Made by a program: the position numbers and the translations under genes
Source: Podarcis liolepis
Taxonomy: Eukaryota
NCBI GenBank assembly: GCA_965112155.1
Contig: OZ218101.1
Strand: one strand, 5' to 3'
DNA length: 64,000 bases
Shown: piece by piece, positions 59,480 to 64,000 of the stretch
Layout: each line of letters begins with the position of its first letter
Numbering within the stretch: the stretch's first letter is position 1
Notes under the pieces: generated by a model
Databases searched by the model: none
Told to the model about the DNA's origin: nothing
What the model saw: the letters and a program-made list of their open reading frames with translations, nothing else

Positions 59480-59611
59480 CTGCATTAAAAAACAAACAAA
59501 TCCATGTGTTGATTATTGAGAAAGTTGCCCTGTACTGAGTCCAGAGTCAAACTACTGGTTCCCCTCACTCAGTATTGTCTACATTGACTGGCAGTGGCTC
59601 TTTGTGGCTTC

Positions 59612-59807
59612 AAATAGGTACCGCTCCGGCGGGAAGGTAAACAGTGTTTCCGTGCGCTGCTCTGGTTCGCCAGAAGCGGCTTAGTCATGCTGGCCACATG
59701 ACCCGGAAGCTGTACGCCGGCTCCCTCGGCCAGTAAAGCAAGATGAGCACCGCAACCCCAGAGTCGGCCACGACTGGACCTAATGGTCAGGAGTCCCTTT
59801 ACCTTTA
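59612..59807 (+). mobile_element. Sauria SINE (Squam1), 5'-truncated
   Basis: aaataggtaccgctccggcgggaaggtaaac...gtcatgctggccacatgacc...gagtcggccacgactggac and cctttaccttta tail. Confidence 0.9.
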
Positions 59808-60499
59808 GTGACTAGAGATCAATAATACAAATGCTAATTGGGCAAATTAACAGACAAAGAGGTTGATAGGTTTCTTAGAATGACCACCTCCGGGTTTCAT
59901 TAGAGATGTGATTGAACAGTTCACAAGACAGTAACATTTGCATGAATCGGTACCAATGTGCTGTCAAAGTAAACAATTAATGGGTGACACAAACACTAAG
60001 GGCTGCCCCGTCCCACTTTCCTGCAGCCAAAGGACCAAACTCCACATTGTGTCAGTCATATATTTTAACAAACAATTTTTTCTCCACTTTATTTTGGAGT
60101 AAAAAAACACCCATCAAGCCCCAATTCTGGCTCAGCAAGCTCCCTAGATTGCGAGACCATGCTGGTTTTTTTGCTAAAAAACACCCCCTTATCTGACTGC
60201 TGGTTGCCCCCAGATGTGCTGCTTACAGTAACAGTTGCCTAGACTGATATGCACATCCCCATCCCTATCTAAAGACTCATCCAGCCTGCTCAGCGGTTCC
60301 TAGAGAAACACTACAAAAAAGGATGCTAGTATACTGTATATCCATATTCACATTTGCCTACTCTAGAGGAAAGATTATGGTGCTGTCTTTGAAGCAGCAG
60401 CAGCAGAGAAAAATCAGAGGTGGGGATTAGAGGAAAATTCAGTACTCGGGGACTCAGATCCAAATGAAGTCACACTAAAGTCCCAGTGAAGATATTCAA

Positions 60500-61040
60500 A
60501 AGAGTATGGTGGCACCTTAAAAATTTATTATGGCACAAGCTTTTGTGAATTCCAGTCTCAAATGACAATGATCAAACACCAACGGCCACACTCTGGCTCT
60601 AATCCTTAACTGGTCATTCTAGAACAAAGGAGCTTCCAGGGGAGACTGAAATGTGAAACCACTGAATTTCAATTCACCAAGAGACTCAGTGCTATTACTT
60701 GTGGACTGAATCAGGGCAGGGTTTTTTAATCACACTATGTGTCGTTAATTGGCTTACCAATGCCAGGGTTTTCTCATCACCAACATCTTTTTTTGTGAAT
60801 GGCCAAATAGCCATTTGTATACTTTTATGCACTTCCATTGCCTTTTGATCTGGCTGTTTACAATTCCCTCCCCACTACCATGTGTATAGACACCTGCACC
60901 TCAGGATAATGCTGAATGCATCTGATGAAGTCAACTGTACAAAAGCTGCTGCCATAATGAATGTATTAGTCTTTTAAGGTGCTGCAAAACTCTTTGTTGG
61001 CAGTTTGCTGCAACAGCCTCATCTGGCTACTCCTCAGGAA
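60500..61040 (+). mobile_element. Degenerate Penelope element (inverted 5' pLTR piece, GIY-YIG C-terminal remnant, 3' pLTR)
   Basis: VILEQRSFQGRLKCETTEFQF...GLNQ remnant at ~60613-60715; gcatctgatgaag...aaaagct; ttagtcttttaaggtgc; inverted ggcaccttaa...aagctttt at ~60510-60545. Confidence 0.7.
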
Positions 61041-61366
61041 AATGAAATTAATTGAACTTAAAACAATTGCATGAAATTGAGTATAGATTTCAACAGGATT
61101 AAAGCACAATCTCAATGAAGGCCAGTTAAAGGCTGATCAGAATAAACACGAGTATGTATCACATGGAACAAAGTCAAGTTACAGCAACATTTAAAGAGGA
61201 CAGTCTCTCTCATACATGTACACTTTCATGTTTATGGCACATGTGATGGTTCTTCAGGAGTATTGGGCAGCTCTCTGGTTCATATATTAATACAAGCAAT
61301 GAAAATTGCAATCCAATGCATGTCTACTCAAAAGATCAAATGGAGCTCCCAGGTTAATGGGTATAG

Positions 61367-61726
61367 CAGTGGTTCTCAAACTTTTTTGTCTGGGCTACGC
61401 TTTCAGAATAAAAATGTGCTCGCGCCGCACTTAATTTTTTATTGATAAGAAATACATTTAGGATTATCTTCAGTATCACTTGATGCTCTTGTTCTTGTTT
61501 ATAAACGTTACCTATCCATGTTAATGACTGTTTTAGGCAAGTCTCATATGTGTGCAACCACGCATGCATGCATCGCACCAAACCTGGAAGTGACCAAAAA
61601 TTCCCAAAAAGTGTCTCTTGGTAAATGTAAGCCTCTTGGCACATTGTTTCAGTGGTTTTTCATGACACGGTTTGATTTTTTGTTTCAATCAAATGCAGTC
61701 ATAAATTTCCATTCTTAGGGAAACTG
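61367..61726. mobile_element. Probable old hAT non-autonomous element
   Basis: Starts cagtggttctcaaact; right end uncertain and no clear TSD. Confidence 0.4.
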
Positions 61727-64000
61727 CCATACTCATGCTGGCTCCAATCCATGTGTGGAGAGGCTGTAGCTCAGTCATGGAGCACATGGTAGTGGGTTCA
61801 GTCTCTAGCTACAGCTGAGAAAAGCTTCTGTCTGAAGTGCCAGCAAGCCAGTGTCAGTAGGTGTAGACAGTACCAAGCTAGATGGAAAAAAACTGTCAAT
61901 TTCTTTGCAATTGTCCAATTATGGTTTAAAACAGTGCCATGAGGTGTGAGCACCCTTTTCAGAGAAAACTACTGAATGAAAAATTGCACATCTTAACAAA
62001 ATACTGAACTCTTTCAGCCCTAGTAGGAAGGGTAGCCCCCATAAGAGACAGGTTAAAAACAACAACAGCAGTCTATTTCCCAACAGATTAGCCTGCTGAA
62101 GTTTCATTGTAACAAGATAGTTTTGTTGAAGCACGAGATTGGAAGTCACTATAAAGGAAAGGAAACCTGTGCGCTCGAGGTAAAATGGAGCTCAGCTTCT
62201 GACATCAGTGCAAAGAGTTCCCTTGGCTGTTTGTGGCATTCGGTGTGGTTACGCTAAGTGTTTACAGCCCCCTCCTCTCTGATCTGACAGCTGTGTCTCC
62301 TGCCTGCAAGGTTTCCTGAGTGCAACGTTTCCTCTACTAAGTTTCAAGACCAAGTGCAGAAAAAGTTTATGCCATAAAGCAGGGATGGGAAAGCTGTGGC
62401 TGTCCAGATTCAGCCACACTGGCTACAGCTGATGTGTCTGGAACAGACGAAGTTGCCATACCTTGGCAGACCATTAGGACCCATCAAGCTCAGCTTGTCG
62501 GAGACCCACCTAAAAATGCTGGGCGTTGAACTGAGACCTTCTGCACGCAAAGTGGATGTTCTATCACTGCTCTACCCTTGCTGAAATCCAACAACGCAGG
62601 GGAGGGGCACAATATCATTTGCTGCTGATATTGTGGTCACCAAGGATTGAGAGCCAATAGGCTGAATGCAAACTCCAAGACATGTAAGAAAAAGCGAGGT
62701 TCTGAAGAGATGCAAGGCACAGTTTCCTCCCACTCTTGTAGACATACTTCTACATCTACAACACACTAAGCACCAAAGCAATAGGAAGCTTTCATAGAAC
62801 AAGAAAAAGGGGACTGGAATTTAGAACAACTGTCTAGCCAAAAGCAAGCTGGGAGAGTTTCTTCTCAGCCAAGTTCTTAAAACACAAACACACACAAAAA
62901 CCAACAGCATGTGAACACGAGTCTTCCTGAAAGTCTAGGGGAAAGATATGAACTTTGAAACCTGCTTTCATGCCACAGCAGCCATTCTTAACTTATTCAT
63001 CTCTTGAGGGGGCTGGCAGCAGCATCAAACACACTTAGTCACATTCAGAGGAGGAGAAACACACATGCACAGCTGTTTCAATTCTAGAAGACTAGAACCA
63101 AAAGAGAGTCACAATGTTAGCAAACGAGAGCAAAGTTTGTGCAGAAGTAGCTGTGAGCCAGTTGAGCTGCTGTCAAAGCCCCCACGAGCATTGTACAAAG
63201 GTGGACAATTCTCCCCATGGCCCATTTCCCCACGCAGTCTCTGTGTAAGCATCCAACACACAGATTTCCTTCCCTGGGTGTAAATTTATTCCATAGCTTA
63301 ATAAACAAATGCCTTTGCCACCCTAGTGACATTAAAATTCATAAGTGAGCTGAACTTCATTTCATAGACTTGGGGGCAGACGGAACCCCACGGTACATGT
63401 AACTGGATGTTTTTAAAGTATAAACATATATGTGCAGGGCCTGTGAATCAACACTGGGTCAATCTGAGCAGAGGTGTTGAGAAACTCAAATGTATATACT
63501 GCTTGAGACATAAGAATATTCCAGTTTAAAAGCAGGCTGAAAAGCTCCTCGGCTTCCTTAGAACAGGACAAAATCCTCTCAGTGTCCATATATTTGATTA
63601 AATCCACAAAAATGTATGCCGTAATAGATTAGTTATTCCTTGAGGTACTGTTTTGGCAGGATGGCTGGGGGGAAATTGGCCTTTCAGATGTTTGCCAGAC
63701 AATATAGCTCCCATCATCACTGACGGGGGGGTAATGGGAGTTGGGGTCCAATAACATCTGGTGGGTACAAAATGTCCCACATCTGGTCTATAATAATGTT
63801 CCATATCATGGCAGCAAACTTACTTCACTTACGAGATTCTTGTCTAGAAGCTAGACAAATTCATGGGGGGAAATAAAAATCAGGCCCTGCTGGGCCAGAA
63901 AGGTTCCCACCTCTGGACTGGATAACGCAGCCTTGATTTTTACAGGCTTGTTTGTTAATACTTTAATTTATTGTTCATCCATGGCGTGTGGGGGTGGGGT

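Noticed and set aside
9265-59943. Scattered perfect octamers (9265, 11344, 24917, 39443, 49729, 59936) as evidence of autoregulation
   Set aside because: The number is close to chance for AT-rich DNA (about 4 expected by hand estimate); only the clustered site at 13525 was kept.

Overview
Vertebrate genomic DNA from a squamate, very probably a lacertid lizard (Sauria/Squam1, Squam2-like and Squam3-like SINEs; L2/CR1 LINEs; Penelope elements; hAT and Tc1/pogo MITEs). The + strand carries the last 14 coding exons of POU2F1 (Oct-1; 6684-33460), followed by a ~13 kb, TE-poor 3'UTR ending at an ATTAAA signal at 46425. The - strand carries coding exons 2-8 of CD247 (TCR zeta; 59479-49052), convergent with POU2F1 as in mammals; the first exons of both genes lie outside the window. 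Main observations: (1) a homologue of the mammalian CD3-eta alternative exon with an in-phase acceptor (CAG|DSLFQAV...PKG*), antisense inside the POU2F1 3'UTR; (2) the zeta chain ends in a PPxY motif (LPPPY*); (3) a young Penelope insertion in the probable CD247 3'UTR forms a perfect 89-bp hairpin and carries a minimal hammerhead ribozyme and an AAUAAA on the CD247 strand; (4) eight miR-9 seed sites in the POU2F1 3'UTR. Comparisons with mammalian proteins are from memory and were not run as database searches. There is one 137-N assembly gap.
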